From: a virus
Taxonomy: Duplodnaviria > Caudoviricetes
Reading direction: 5' to 3' (one strand)
DNA length: 64,000 nt
Virus record (IMG/VR): IMGVR_UViG_3300025909_000005
Shown here: positions 8,837-17,199 of the stretch, piece by piece
How positions within the stretch are numbered: the first letter of the stretch is position 1
Layout of the letters: the number at the start of each line of letters is the position of its first letter
Translations under genes and position numbers: made by a program
The notes under the pieces: model-generated
What the model was told of the DNA's origin: nothing
What the model saw: the letters and a program-made list of their open reading frames with translations, nothing else
The model's database searches: none

Positions 8837-9622
8837 ATGGGAAGAAAACTCGCTTTGGCAAAACAGAAGTACCCGCAACCCGTCAACCCTGAAGGAACCC
8901 ACGCCATTCACCTCAAGTTCCGCCCAACTCCAAAGAGCGAATCCCAACGCTTCTACATGGAGTCTCTGCAAAACGCAAAGTTGACGATCGGTACTGGCCC
9001 AGCCGGTTCAGGCAAATCGTTCCTCTCGATGGCAGTCGCCGTCGAAAAGCTTCTCAACGGTGAAGTATCGAAGGTCGTGATCACGCGCCCTATCGTAGAA
9101 GCCGGCGAATCCCTTGGCTTCCTGCCAGGCACCTTCGAAGAGAAGATCTCACCCTACCTCCTCCCTCTCCTTGATGCACTGAATGATCTCGTTGGTCCGA
9201 CGATGGCGAAGAAGCTCCTCGACGGTGGCAAGATTGAATTTGCGCCTCTCGCGTACATGCGCGGTCGCACGTTCAACAACAGCTACTGCATCTTGGACGA
9301 AGCGCAGAACACGACCGTCGAGCAGATGAAGCTGTTCGTCACGCGTATCGGCGAGTACTCGCAGTTCGCTGTCAACGGTGACGCATCACAGACCGACCTC
9401 CGTGGAGTGCCTGAGAATGGCCTCGACTGGGTGGCTCGCAAACTGCGTGGCTGCTCCTCTGAGATCAACGTGATTGAGTTCACGAACTCGGACGTCGTTC
9501 GTTCGGCAATCGTGAAGACCATTCTGCATCACCTCGAATCTCCTGAGCCGCGTGCCCAAGAGAAACGCCGTGGTGGCACTCGTCATGAGTTCACCGCTCC
9601 CGCAGTTCTGCAATCAGCCTAA
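8837..9622 (+). CDS. phoH: PhoH-family ATPase
   Basis: GPAGSGKS Walker A, RPIVEAGESLGFLPG, RGRTFNN, ILDEAQN, GDASQTDL. Confidence 0.95.
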   Translation: MGRKLALAKQKYPQPVNPEGTHAIHLKFRPTPKSESQRFYMESLQNAKLTIGTGPAGSGKSFLSMAVAVEKLLNGEVSKVVITRPIVEAGESLGFLPGTFEEKISPYLLPLLDALNDLVGPTMAKKLLDGGKIEFAPLAYMRGRTFNNSYCILDEAQNTTVEQMKLFVTRIGEYSQFAVNGDASQTDLRGVPENGLDWVARKLRGCSSEINVIEFTNSDVVRSAIVKTILHHLESPEPRAQEKRRGGTRHEFTAPAVLQSA

Positions 9623-9638
9623 CTTCCACAGCATAATC

Positions 9639-9658
9639 AACGGGCCTTCGGGCCCGTT
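9639..9658 (+). terminator. stable hairpin with cUUCGg loop
   Basis: AACGGGCC-TTCG-GGCCCGTT after phoH; U-tract weak. Confidence 0.6.
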
Positions 9659-9748
9659 GTGGGGTCCAGCACTAAATAGAAGCAAGCAAGGAACACCCAT
9701 ACAGACAGCCGGGCGGGTGCTCCTCAACTTACCCGGCAGGAGATCCTC

Positions 9749-11314
9749 ATGTACTTGCTCTACTGGACCAGCCCTTCCATTCCTTCGAAGGCTGCGCCCC
9801 TCACGGTGCCCGTCGGTACCGTCGTTTCGAACCTCGCACCGATCAGCCTGACCGGTAAGGGTGCTGCCAGCTACGGTATCATCCAGCAGCAGAACCTGCT
9901 GCACATGCTCGAGAACTTCGCGAGCCCAACTGCACCAGATAACCCAACAATCGGCCTTGAGTGGTACGACAGCGTCAACAACATCCTCAAGGTCTGCGTC
10001 GACGTTTCTCCAACTGTCAAGTGGAAGTCCCTTGGCGGCGTTCAAGTTACGAATCCTGGTGATCCATCTCCAACGCCTGCTGCCCTTGGTGACCTCTGGT
10101 TCTCCCGCACTGGCACCGCCTCGGGCGTGCTCTACCTCTACACTGGCCTTGGTCGCTACCCAGAAAACGCTGGCGCGATCGGTGGCTGGGAACAGATTTG
10201 GCCACAAGTTGAAACAGTTGCAGGTCGTGAAGAGTACAACACCCTCTACGGCATGCTCAACTCGATCATCGGGGATCCAGCAACTGCTGGCGGCTCAGGT
10301 GCTCTCGGCAAGATCGTGGGTGTCAATAACCTCCTGTCGCTTGATGCATCGAAGCAGGCCGCCTTCAATGCTTTGTCGCCGAAGGATCCAAGCGTCCTCG
10401 TTCCGACAACTGACTCAACAAGCGAGCTGCTCGTAGACACGAACTCGAACGACTGGGACCTGCTCCTCGCAGCAGCGAAGTATGCCGTCAGCCGCCTCGA
10501 GCTGCCCGTCGGCTACGCAAGCGACATCTCACCGGTTCCTTTCGTCAGCGACGGTCTTCCTCCTCCAACGACCCTCACCGCGCTGTCGACTTCTGACATT
10601 CGCTACCCATCTCTCGAGCGTCGCTCAAACCGTCGCTTTGGCATCGTGACACTGCTCCGTACGTTCCAAGAAACCGCGAACGTGCTGAATACTGCAGTGA
10701 CGAACCGTTTCTCGCTCAAGGGTATCAACGGTGCTGGTGGCACGAACACCGCCTTCGACTCCTCTGTCACCACGACGACGTATGTCACGGTGTCTGGAGC
10801 TGCAGCAAACTCAACCACTGCCAACGTCACGCTGAAGTTCTCGTTTGCGTCCAACAGCGATCTCGTTGCTTTCTTGGCTGCAGGCTCGGCAATCCAGGTG
10901 GAGATGACTGACACTGGTGGCTCCCTGACGGGTGACACGAACATGAAGGCGCTCTACGACCAGCGTGGCGTACTGCGCCTGACTGGTGACAAGATTCGCA
11001 CCTTCTCCTCCACTCTGCCAACGTCTCAGTCCGCTGCGATCGTTCAGAGCGGCATCCTGAACTCTGGCACGGTCTCGTACACGATCAATGGCGCGACCTA
11101 CACGTTGACGACTTCGTACACCGCGGGCGCCTCCTTCTTCACCGTCGCCATCACAAGCACGTCGACTGGCGCAATGAACGGCACGATCGCCTTCACCTTC
11201 AAGGTCATCCGCGACACTTCGACGTACGGCTCCAGCCAGGCGATCTACCCGAATGTTTCAACCTACACGACAGCAGCTGTGACCTCCAAGTCAGCTTTCC
11301 TCGTCGCACCGTAA
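9749..11314 (+). CDS. virion structural (baseplate/fibre-like) protein
   Basis: TAAATA 9673-9678; GKG..SYG..QQQNLLHMLENFASPTAP.NP.IG.EWYD motif typical of large-phage structural proteins. Confidence 0.65.
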   Translation: MYLLYWTSPSIPSKAAPLTVPVGTVVSNLAPISLTGKGAASYGIIQQQNLLHMLENFASPTAPDNPTIGLEWYDSVNNILKVCVDVSPTVKWKSLGGVQVTNPGDPSPTPAALGDLWFSRTGTASGVLYLYTGLGRYPENAGAIGGWEQIWPQVETVAGREEYNTLYGMLNSIIGDPATAGGSGALGKIVGVNNLLSLDASKQAAFNALSPKDPSVLVPTTDSTSELLVDTNSNDWDLLLAAAKYAVSRLELPVGYASDISPVPFVSDGLPPPTTLTALSTSDIRYPSLERRSNRRFGIVTLLRTFQETANVLNTAVTNRFSLKGINGAGGTNTAFDSSVTTTTYVTVSGAAANSTTANVTLKFSFASNSDLVAFLAAGSAIQVEMTDTGGSLTGDTNMKALYDQRGVLRLTGDKIRTFSSTLPTSQSAAIVQSGILNSGTVSYTINGATYTLTTSYTAGASFFTVAITSTSTGAMNGTIAFTFKVIRDTSTYGSSQAIYPNVSTYTTAAVTSKSAFLVAP

Positions 11315-11336
11315 AAGGTTCAATCAGCTTTTCAAA

Positions 11337-11366
11337 TTGTACATTTTCACCACGTGGAACTATAAT
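11337..11366 (+). promoter_or_regulatory. early promoter TTGTAC-N18-TATAAT
   Basis: Intergenic; opens the early accessory region. Confidence 0.7.
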
Positions 11367-11372
11367 TGTTAC

Positions 11373-11390
11373 ATGTCAGCCGCCTGGTAG
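11373..11390 (+). other. leaderless 5-codon uORF (MSAAW) inside a hairpin
   Basis: ATG 6 nt after TATAAT; GTCAGC/GCTGAC stem encloses the uORF. Confidence 0.35.
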
Positions 11391-11417
11391 CTGACTTGTT
11401 AACGGAGATCCACACAC

Positions 11418-11681
11418 ATGAACCCCACCAGGTCACCCCTCATTCTCGCTGGCCAACTCTACTACAATGGCCAGGTGAATGAATACCTGATCGTCACAAG
11501 CAACAATCGAGGCCAAGTTTCCTACGAAGGCGTAGGTTTCAAAGGACAGGCAGAGGACATCACCTTCATCGAACGGTTTCAACCAGTGAACCCGAACGAT
11601 GTCGATGAACAAGAGCTCTCAGGGCTCCTCGCCTTCTGCCCACCAGGAACGACACCGCAGGTAGGATACATCCTCGACTAA
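11418..11681 (+). CDS. hypothetical early protein
   Basis: GGAG SD, phage codon usage. Confidence 0.6.
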   Translation: MNPTRSPLILAGQLYYNGQVNEYLIVTSNNRGQVSYEGVGFKGQAEDITFIERFQPVNPNDVDEQELSGLLAFCPPGTTPQVGYILD

Positions 11682-11693
11682 GGAGAGTGTGTC

Positions 11694-12161
11694 ATGAAGA
11701 TCGTTAGCCGCATGAATCCCGAAGAACGCCAAATCGAGCGCCTTCAAGAAATCATTGAGGCCGCCACTGGCGGTGCAATTGGACCAGACGGTGAGTACGA
11801 ACTCGCCGACGATCTTCATGGACTTGTCACACAAGTTGACACGGCCTGTGCTTCCTTGATGGAGGCGAACGCCAAGCTTGAGCGCAGGATCAATCGGCTG
11901 CTCAACGAGAAGCACCACCTGAACCTCAAGCTTGCTGAGGCCAATGACTTCCTTCAGCCAATCCGCAACGGCGTGTCCTACGACGAACACCTCGACGAGG
12001 CCACTGCCGAGCTGATGCAGGCGTTTCTCGCTTCAGGCGCCGCGTCTGATACCTTCGATGGAGAGATCACCTTCGACTCGGAGGTGGTCTTCAGTCGCGC
12101 GGACCTGAAACCCATTCTCAAGCACGCCATCGAGGCGTGGCTGAACTCAAAGACTCTCTAA
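11694..12161 (+). CDS. hypothetical coiled-coil protein
   Basis: AAGGAG SD; heptad-like segment. Confidence 0.65.
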   Translation: MKIVSRMNPEERQIERLQEIIEAATGGAIGPDGEYELADDLHGLVTQVDTACASLMEANAKLERRINRLLNEKHHLNLKLAEANDFLQPIRNGVSYDEHLDEATAELMQAFLASGAASDTFDGEITFDSEVVFSRADLKPILKHAIEAWLNSKTL

Positions 12162-12553
12162 TGCATTGGGTTGTTCTAGAACAGATCATCACCTCGAACT
12201 ACCCGCCGGTGGTGCGTGACGCAGCCATCAAGCTGGCTGATGCGACCTACACGGACGTGGGAACGTTCCTGAGCGAGCTCAGCACACAGGACCTGCATGA
12301 GCTCATGGGCTACTGCAACCGCATTGCAGTGAAGACCGACATGGACTTTGAGTACGACTCAATCGTCATTCTTGGCGAGATGCTGGCTCAGGCTGAAGGC
12401 GTCGTCCTCGAGGACATGTCTGTCGAACGGTCTGCCAACCTCATCATCCTCCTCAACTTCGAGGACATGGCGCGTCGAGGCATCATCGACTTCAACCGAG
12501 AGAAGGCCACCCTTGCAGGTGAACTTCCTCCTGACATTGCGAAAATAAAGTGA
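12161..12553 (+). CDS. hypothetical protein
   Basis: Start corrected to TAATG-coupled ATG 12161. Confidence 0.6.
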   Translation: MHWVVLEQIITSNYPPVVRDAAIKLADATYTDVGTFLSELSTQDLHELMGYCNRIAVKTDMDFEYDSIVILGEMLAQAEGVVLEDMSVERSANLIILLNFEDMARRGIIDFNREKATLAGELPPDIAKIK

Positions 12554-12570
12554 GAAAATGAGGTTGGGGA

Positions 12571-12599
12571 GTGTACACCAACCGCCAAAGCGTTATAAT
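12571..12599 (+). promoter_or_regulatory. early promoter GTGTAC-N17-TATAAT
   Basis: Followed by CA-rich leader GATTCATCATCAACAAAC. Confidence 0.75.
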
Positions 12600-12671
12600 G
12601 ATTCATCATCAACAAACAGCCGTTAGTTGGTGAAACAACCGCAAATCATCAACTCTTTGGAGAATTTTCCC

Positions 12672-13019
12672 ATGGCAAAGACCAGCAAGAAGGCCGACGT
12701 GTCGGCAACCGAATCCGCCGTCGCGACCGTCAAGGCTGCGAAGACCGCCGTCGAGAAGGCCGCCCGCAAGCGCTTCAGCTTCGGCCCGGTGTGGAACCAG
12801 GCCGTGATCGCCGGCACCGTCAAGGACACCGAGAAGCTCGTCGCGCAAGGCGTCAAGCTGAAGCTCGGCACCAAGGACGAGCTCGCCGCTCTGTCGCACG
12901 ACTCCATCATGGCCAAGGTCGCCGCCGCCCTCGAAGCTGGCATCACCGGCGACGAGAAGACGGAAGACACGACCGCTGCTTCCACCGAGACGGCCGGCGC
13001 CGAAACCGCCGAGGCCTGA
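12672..13019 (+). CDS. Ala/Lys-rich early protein
   Basis: GGAG SD before ATG 12672; strong codon bias; basic N-terminus, acidic tail. Confidence 0.7.
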   Translation: MAKTSKKADVSATESAVATVKAAKTAVEKAARKRFSFGPVWNQAVIAGTVKDTEKLVAQGVKLKLGTKDELAALSHDSIMAKVAAALEAGITGDEKTEDTTAASTETAGAETAEA

Positions 13020-13031
13020 TCCCCGCTGACC

Positions 13032-13085
13032 GCACCACCCGGGCCTACTTGATTCGTCAAGCCCATCTACCCGACCGGGTGGTGC
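13032..13085 (+). promoter_or_regulatory. long intergenic stem-loop (11-bp outer stem, inner UUCG hairpin)
   Basis: GCACCACCCGG/CCGGGTGGTGC enclosing CTTGA-TTCG-TCAAG; ends 3 nt before AAGGA SD. Confidence 0.65.
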
Positions 13086-13098
13086 CTCAAGGATTCCC

Positions 13099-13356
13099 AT
13101 GCGCACGATCACCGTGTTCATCCGAGCGCGAGACATCCCGCTCGGAAAGTTCGTTCAGCGCTCCATGGGCGGTGAAGAATTCCGCCTGACAGACGCCATC
13201 CGCATCGGTGACGTAGAAGTCCCAGCGCCCGCTGGTTCTGTCTTCCTCGTGCCGAAGAACGCTGGCAACATCCTCACCGCCAGCGAACAAGACGGCTTCA
13301 TCGTCGAGCTGACGGAGCTGGAAGTTTCCAACTACTTCGAGAGCTTCGAAGCATGA
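13099..13356 (+). CDS. hypothetical early protein
   Basis: AAGGA SD. Confidence 0.6.
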   Translation: MRTITVFIRARDIPLGKFVQRSMGGEEFRLTDAIRIGDVEVPAPAGSVFLVPKNAGNILTASEQDGFIVELTELEVSNYFESFEA

Positions 13357-13703
13357 GCGTCAGGCCCCTCCTCGCTGACAAGGATCGATCACCCGACGGC
13401 TGCTACGTCGTCTACTGGGTGTCGTCCAGCAACCGCCTGATTCAAGAGCATCAGTGGTGGCGTCGCACGAAGTTGGGGCAGAATGACGCACGCATGCGGC
13501 AGTTCGACAGCTACGGCGCAGCCGTCAAGTTCCATTCGAAGCTCGTGAAGCTTCGTGACGAAGGTGGCGCCTACCTCGCCCGCACCGTCCTCCACGTTTC
13601 CCCACCCGTTCCGGCCACACCAATGCCGAAACCTGAACCCGTTCCTGATGGCATGATTCGCTGGCCTGATGGCTCAGTGACATGGGATCCGGAACTCGAA
13701 TGA
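13353..13703 (+). CDS. hypothetical protein
   Basis: ATGA-coupled. Confidence 0.55.
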   Translation: MSVRPLLADKDRSPDGCYVVYWVSSSNRLIQEHQWWRRTKLGQNDARMRQFDSYGAAVKFHSKLVKLRDEGGAYLARTVLHVSPPVPATPMPKPEPVPDGMIRWPDGSVTWDPELE

Positions 13704-13710
13704 AAGAAAA

Positions 13711-14202
13711 ATGAAGCACCTCATCGCCCTCGCCCTCGTGGCCACCTCTGGCCTCGCCGCTGCGTCGACGCAAGACCCGACTGTTTCTCTCTCCACCGGC
13801 TACATCGCCGGCGTGACGAGGGGCGCGGTCTCGTACGACTTCAACGAACACCACTTCAACCGCTACTTCTCGGTCGTCCCGGAAGCAACGCTCGGCTACA
13901 TGCGCGACAACGCCACCGACAACCACAGCTGGGAAGTCAACATCAATCCCCAGTTCCGCGGCTACGTGACACCGAACCTGTACGCTGAACTCGGCGTCGG
14001 CATCGCCTACTTCAACAACCCGGCCTTCGCCTCGCCGTCGATCAACACGCGGTTCCAGTTCTCGGACATCGCAGGCGTCGGCTACAAGCTCTCGTCCAAG
14101 ACGGCCGTCGGTGTGCGCTACGAGCACTTCAGCAACGCTGACATCCGCAAGCCGAACCCTGGCGTGCAGGCACTCGAGCTGATCGTCACGAAGAAGTTCT
14201 GA
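13711..14202 (+). CDS. pagL: PagL-like lipid A 3-O-deacylase (outer-membrane beta-barrel)
   Basis: Signal peptide MKHLIALALVATSGLAAA; FQFSDIAGVG; catalytic RYEHFSNADIRKPNPG; C-terminal Phe. Confidence 0.85.
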   Translation: MKHLIALALVATSGLAAASTQDPTVSLSTGYIAGVTRGAVSYDFNEHHFNRYFSVVPEATLGYMRDNATDNHSWEVNINPQFRGYVTPNLYAELGVGIAYFNNPAFASPSINTRFQFSDIAGVGYKLSSKTAVGVRYEHFSNADIRKPNPGVQALELIVTKKF

Positions 14203-14396
14203 TGGACATTGCCTTCCATCTCTACTGGTGGATCATCCCTGCAGTCCTTGCAGGGATCGGTGCCATCGTGTTCGCGGCCATTGGAGGGGAGCCGTTTGGC
14301 AGCCCCGGGCCCGACGTAGAGTGGCAGGCCATTCGCGCAGGTCTCTTTTGGTGGGTGCCTGCTCTCTGCATCTGCCTAGGACACTGGCTGCAATGA
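14202..14396 (+). CDS. small membrane protein
   Basis: Two hydrophobic segments; HLYWWIIPA motif. Confidence 0.6.
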   Translation: MDIAFHLYWWIIPAVLAGIGAIVFAAIGGEPFGSPGPDVEWQAIRAGLFWWVPALCICLGHWLQ

Positions 14397-14557
14397 CGTT
14401 CACAATCCACATTCTCTGGTGGTACATCCCAGCCGCCATCGCTGCGATCGGTTTGTTGTTCGTACCGTTCGCCCCTGGTGGCATTCTCGTCTCCATCGTC
14501 CTCTGGATCGTCGCCGTTGCGATGGTCATTGGGCACTACACGGCGTTCATGTCATGA
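14393..14557 (+). CDS. small membrane protein, paralogue of preceding gene
   Basis: Start corrected to ATG 14393; HILWWYIPAAIAAIG. Confidence 0.6.
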   Translation: MTFTIHILWWYIPAAIAAIGLLFVPFAPGGILVSIVLWIVAVAMVIGHYTAFMS

Positions 14558-14742
14558 TCATCCTGCTCATCCAAACTGTCGCGTACGACGAAGTTGGTCG
14601 CGTCATCACGTCGAACGCAATCGTGCACCAGACTGACCCACGAACTGCAACGCTGATGCAGCGCAATGCTGCCGAGCTCGACCGCACCCGATTTCCTCGC
14701 GTCGATGTCACCATCATGGAACTTGCAGACACGAATCGCTAG
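14554..14742 (+). CDS. hypothetical protein
   Basis: Start corrected to ATGA-coupled 14554. Confidence 0.5.
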   Translation: MIILLIQTVAYDEVGRVITSNAIVHQTDPRTATLMQRNAAELDRTRFPRVDVTIMELADTNR

Positions 14743-14770
14743 TGTACTTTCGGATTGAGCGTGGTATAAT
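14742..14770 (+). promoter_or_regulatory. early promoter GTGTAC-N17-TATAAT
   Basis: Extended TG; AAGGA SD downstream. Confidence 0.75.
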
Positions 14771-14797
14771 CGACTCCTCACCTAAGGAAAAGTACGA

Positions 14798-16258
14798 ATG
14801 AACCTCGCGACCCTCTGCCACGACGAAGCAACTTCCACCTGGTACGCCACCTTCAATGGTGAGACGGTGATGAGCTCAGTCGGTGGCGAGTCATCACGGA
14901 AGTACATCATCGAGCGCATCACGCAAGGCAAGTCTGCCAAGTGTCGCAAGCTCGGCATCGTCGGCTTCGACAACGTGCGCGAAGCCTTCGCACCCAACCC
15001 CCTCGCCAAGTCCGTCAGCCAAGCGTACGTTGAGCCTGTGAAGGCGAACAACGAGCTCTCCGTGCAGGAGCGCTACGACCTCCTCGACGAGTGTGTCGAA
15101 ATCGTGCTGCAAGGCCACGTGACCTCGCTCATCATCACCGGCCTCGGTGGTCTGGGCAAGACGTACCACACGAAGGCGAAGATCAAGGAACACAACCTCG
15201 TCTCGGTCGATGAAGCCAAGCTCATCGAGGAGACCCTCTCCGAAGAAGACCGCGACATCATCGAGCGCATCGAGCTGAAGATGGCCCAGTGCAAGTACAT
15301 CGCCGAGGCCTTCTACAAGACGCACGACAGGGACGCCAAGCCGCTGAAGAAGGCGAAGTCGAAGGAGGACGATGACGAACCCGAAGAGGAGCTCGAACTT
15401 GAGCTGAACTTCGGCAAGGTTAGCTACGACCTCCAGAAGTCCGACGACATCAAGGACCGCCGTTGTGCCGGCCAGTACTACCCGGGCACCCACGCCTACC
15501 GCTTCAACCTCACGCTGGCAAAGGAGAACCTCGACGACTTCATCGAGATCGTCGTGCCTCATGAGATCGCCCACCAAATCGACCACATCCTGCACCCGAA
15601 GGAGTCCGCGAAGGCGCCTCATGGCAAGAACTGGCAGACTGTCATGACGAAGTGCTTCAAGATTCCGGGCGACCGCTACCACACATACGATATTTCCACG
15701 GTCAAGAATACGCCTGAGCTGAAGGGCGACTACCACTACATGAAAGGCTACTCGTCGGCGAAGGGTCTCTACCGCACGCTGTACGAGAACCGGAAGAAGC
15801 TGGTAGTGTTCGACGACTGCGATGCGGCGTGGAAGAACGAAGTCGGCGCGAACATCCTCAAGGCCGCGCTTGACACCGACGAAGACCGCTGGGTCACGTG
15901 GAACGTCGAGCAGAACATGAACGACGATCTGCCGACGAGCTTCCTGTTCGAAGGCCGAGTCATCTTCATCTCTAACGTCCGGTCGCAGGACTTCCCTCAG
16001 CCGCTTGTCTCACGCGCCCTCCGCGCTGACATCGAGCTCACGACCGAGGAGACTTTCGAACGCATGCGTCAGCTCCTCTCGAGCGAGAGCTTCGCACCCG
16101 GCATCTCGATGGAGGTCAAGCAAATGGGCTACGACTTCCTCTACGAGAACCGAGACCGGGCGGCGGAGCTGACGACTCGCTCGCTGCTCAACGTCATCAA
16201 GGTCGCCAACACAGGCTCGAAGCTGTGGAAGCGGATCGCTCTCTCGAACATTCAATAA
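14798..16258 (+). CDS. AAA+ ATPase with inserted SprT-like Zn metalloprotease domain
   Basis: Walker A ITGLGGLGKT; SprT FIEIVVPHEIAH, APHGKNW, RYH; then KGYSSAKGLY and Walker B VVFDDCD. Confidence 0.85.
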   Translation: MNLATLCHDEATSTWYATFNGETVMSSVGGESSRKYIIERITQGKSAKCRKLGIVGFDNVREAFAPNPLAKSVSQAYVEPVKANNELSVQERYDLLDECVEIVLQGHVTSLIITGLGGLGKTYHTKAKIKEHNLVSVDEAKLIEETLSEEDRDIIERIELKMAQCKYIAEAFYKTHDRDAKPLKKAKSKEDDDEPEEELELELNFGKVSYDLQKSDDIKDRRCAGQYYPGTHAYRFNLTLAKENLDDFIEIVVPHEIAHQIDHILHPKESAKAPHGKNWQTVMTKCFKIPGDRYHTYDISTVKNTPELKGDYHYMKGYSSAKGLYRTLYENRKKLVVFDDCDAAWKNEVGANILKAALDTDEDRWVTWNVEQNMNDDLPTSFLFEGRVIFISNVRSQDFPQPLVSRALRADIELTTEETFERMRQLLSSESFAPGISMEVKQMGYDFLYENRDRAAELTTRSLLNVIKVANTGSKLWKRIALSNIQ

Positions 16259-16264
16259 GGTCAC

Positions 16265-16423
16265 ATGGAAGGTTTCTACACCATCATTGTCGGCATCTGC
16301 GCTGTCCTTGGCACGATGGCGTGGGGTCCGGCAGGCATCCTCTTCGGAGCTCTCATTGGCGTGGTCCTCTGCACGCTGTGCTGGTGTCTGCTCTGGTGGC
16401 TCATCTACTTTCGAAAGCACTGA
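16265..16423 (+). CDS. small membrane protein (52 aa)
   Basis: TAAGG SD; MEGFYTIIVGICAVLGTMAWGPAGILFGALIGVVLCTLCWCLLWWLIYFRKH. Confidence 0.55.
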   Translation: MEGFYTIIVGICAVLGTMAWGPAGILFGALIGVVLCTLCWCLLWWLIYFRKH

Positions 16424-16591
16424 ATGGAACCAATCAGCTTGCCTGCCAATCCCGCTGACGGCCAAGTCGCGGTAGTTGATGGGAAGAAGTACGTGTGGCG
16501 CGACCGTTACACGTCGTGGTTCTTCATCGATGAGCCACCCGAACTGCCGGTTCCTCCGTTGCTTCGAATCCCGTTACCAAGAGAGGTGTAA
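16424..16591 (+). CDS. small hypothetical protein (55 aa)
   Basis: Abuts previous stop; MEPISLPANPADGQVAVVDGKKYVW... Confidence 0.5.
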   Translation: MEPISLPANPADGQVAVVDGKKYVWRDRYTSWFFIDEPPELPVPPLLRIPLPREV

Positions 16592-16605
16592 CAGTTGATG
16601 GAGAT

Positions 16606-16634
16606 GTGTACATCTGGAGAGATGTGCTTATAAT
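16606..16634 (+). promoter_or_regulatory. early promoter GTGTAC-N17-TATAAT
   Basis: Leader GAATTCATCAACCAAAC similar to that at 12600. Confidence 0.75.
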
Positions 16635-16667
16635 GAATTCATCAACCAAACAACCTGGTTCCCCAAC

Positions 16668-17099
16668 ATGACCAAGCCGATCAAGCAAACCGCTCGCCAA
16701 ACCTACGAAATCCTGGAAAAGCTGCGGAAGATGCAGGCAGCGAATCCCACCGTCGAACGCGCCGCCCAAATCGAGAAGATGAAGATCGTCGCGGACTCGC
16801 TGATGGACAGCGAAATGGCTGCGAAGCTCAAATCCTTCGAAGCCAAGCACCAAGGCGCCGACTGGTGGCAGATCATGGAGGCCAACTACCCCGTGATCAA
16901 GGACGAAGCCCGCAACTCGTGGGTCGTCACCAGCAAGGCCCGCGAATGGGAAAACGCCCCCGAGTGGGAGTTCCACTACAAGTACGACGCGTTGGCAAAG
17001 GTTCAGCAGCTCGTGCGTTGGATCGCTGATGGCCGCCGCCGCGGCTTCGGCGATGTCGAAACCGATCTGGAGAAGTTCCATGCCAAATTCGCAGCCTGA
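16668..17099 (+). CDS. hypothetical early protein
   Basis: Downstream of promoter; strong codon bias. Confidence 0.65.
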   Translation: MTKPIKQTARQTYEILEKLRKMQAANPTVERAAQIEKMKIVADSLMDSEMAAKLKSFEAKHQGADWWQIMEANYPVIKDEARNSWVVTSKAREWENAPEWEFHYKYDALAKVQQLVRWIADGRRRGFGDVETDLEKFHAKFAA

Positions 17100-17199
17100 A
17101 GGCGACAAGGACGACAGCGTCTGTCCTGAGCTTTCGGTCGGACAACTGATCCTAATCGCAATCGTGGGGGCAGTCGTCTTCGCACTGTTTGCGCATTGA
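17080..17199 (+). CDS. micro membrane protein (39 aa)
   Basis: GGAG SD; C-terminal LILIAIVGAVVFALFAH. Confidence 0.45.
   Translation: MPNSQPEGDKDDSVCPELSVGQLILIAIVGAVVFALFAH

Noticed and set aside
16555-16580. TTCGAATCCCGTTACCA looks like a tRNA T-loop and CCA end
   Set aside because: No T-stem or acceptor-stem pairing; lies inside the 16424-16591 ORF
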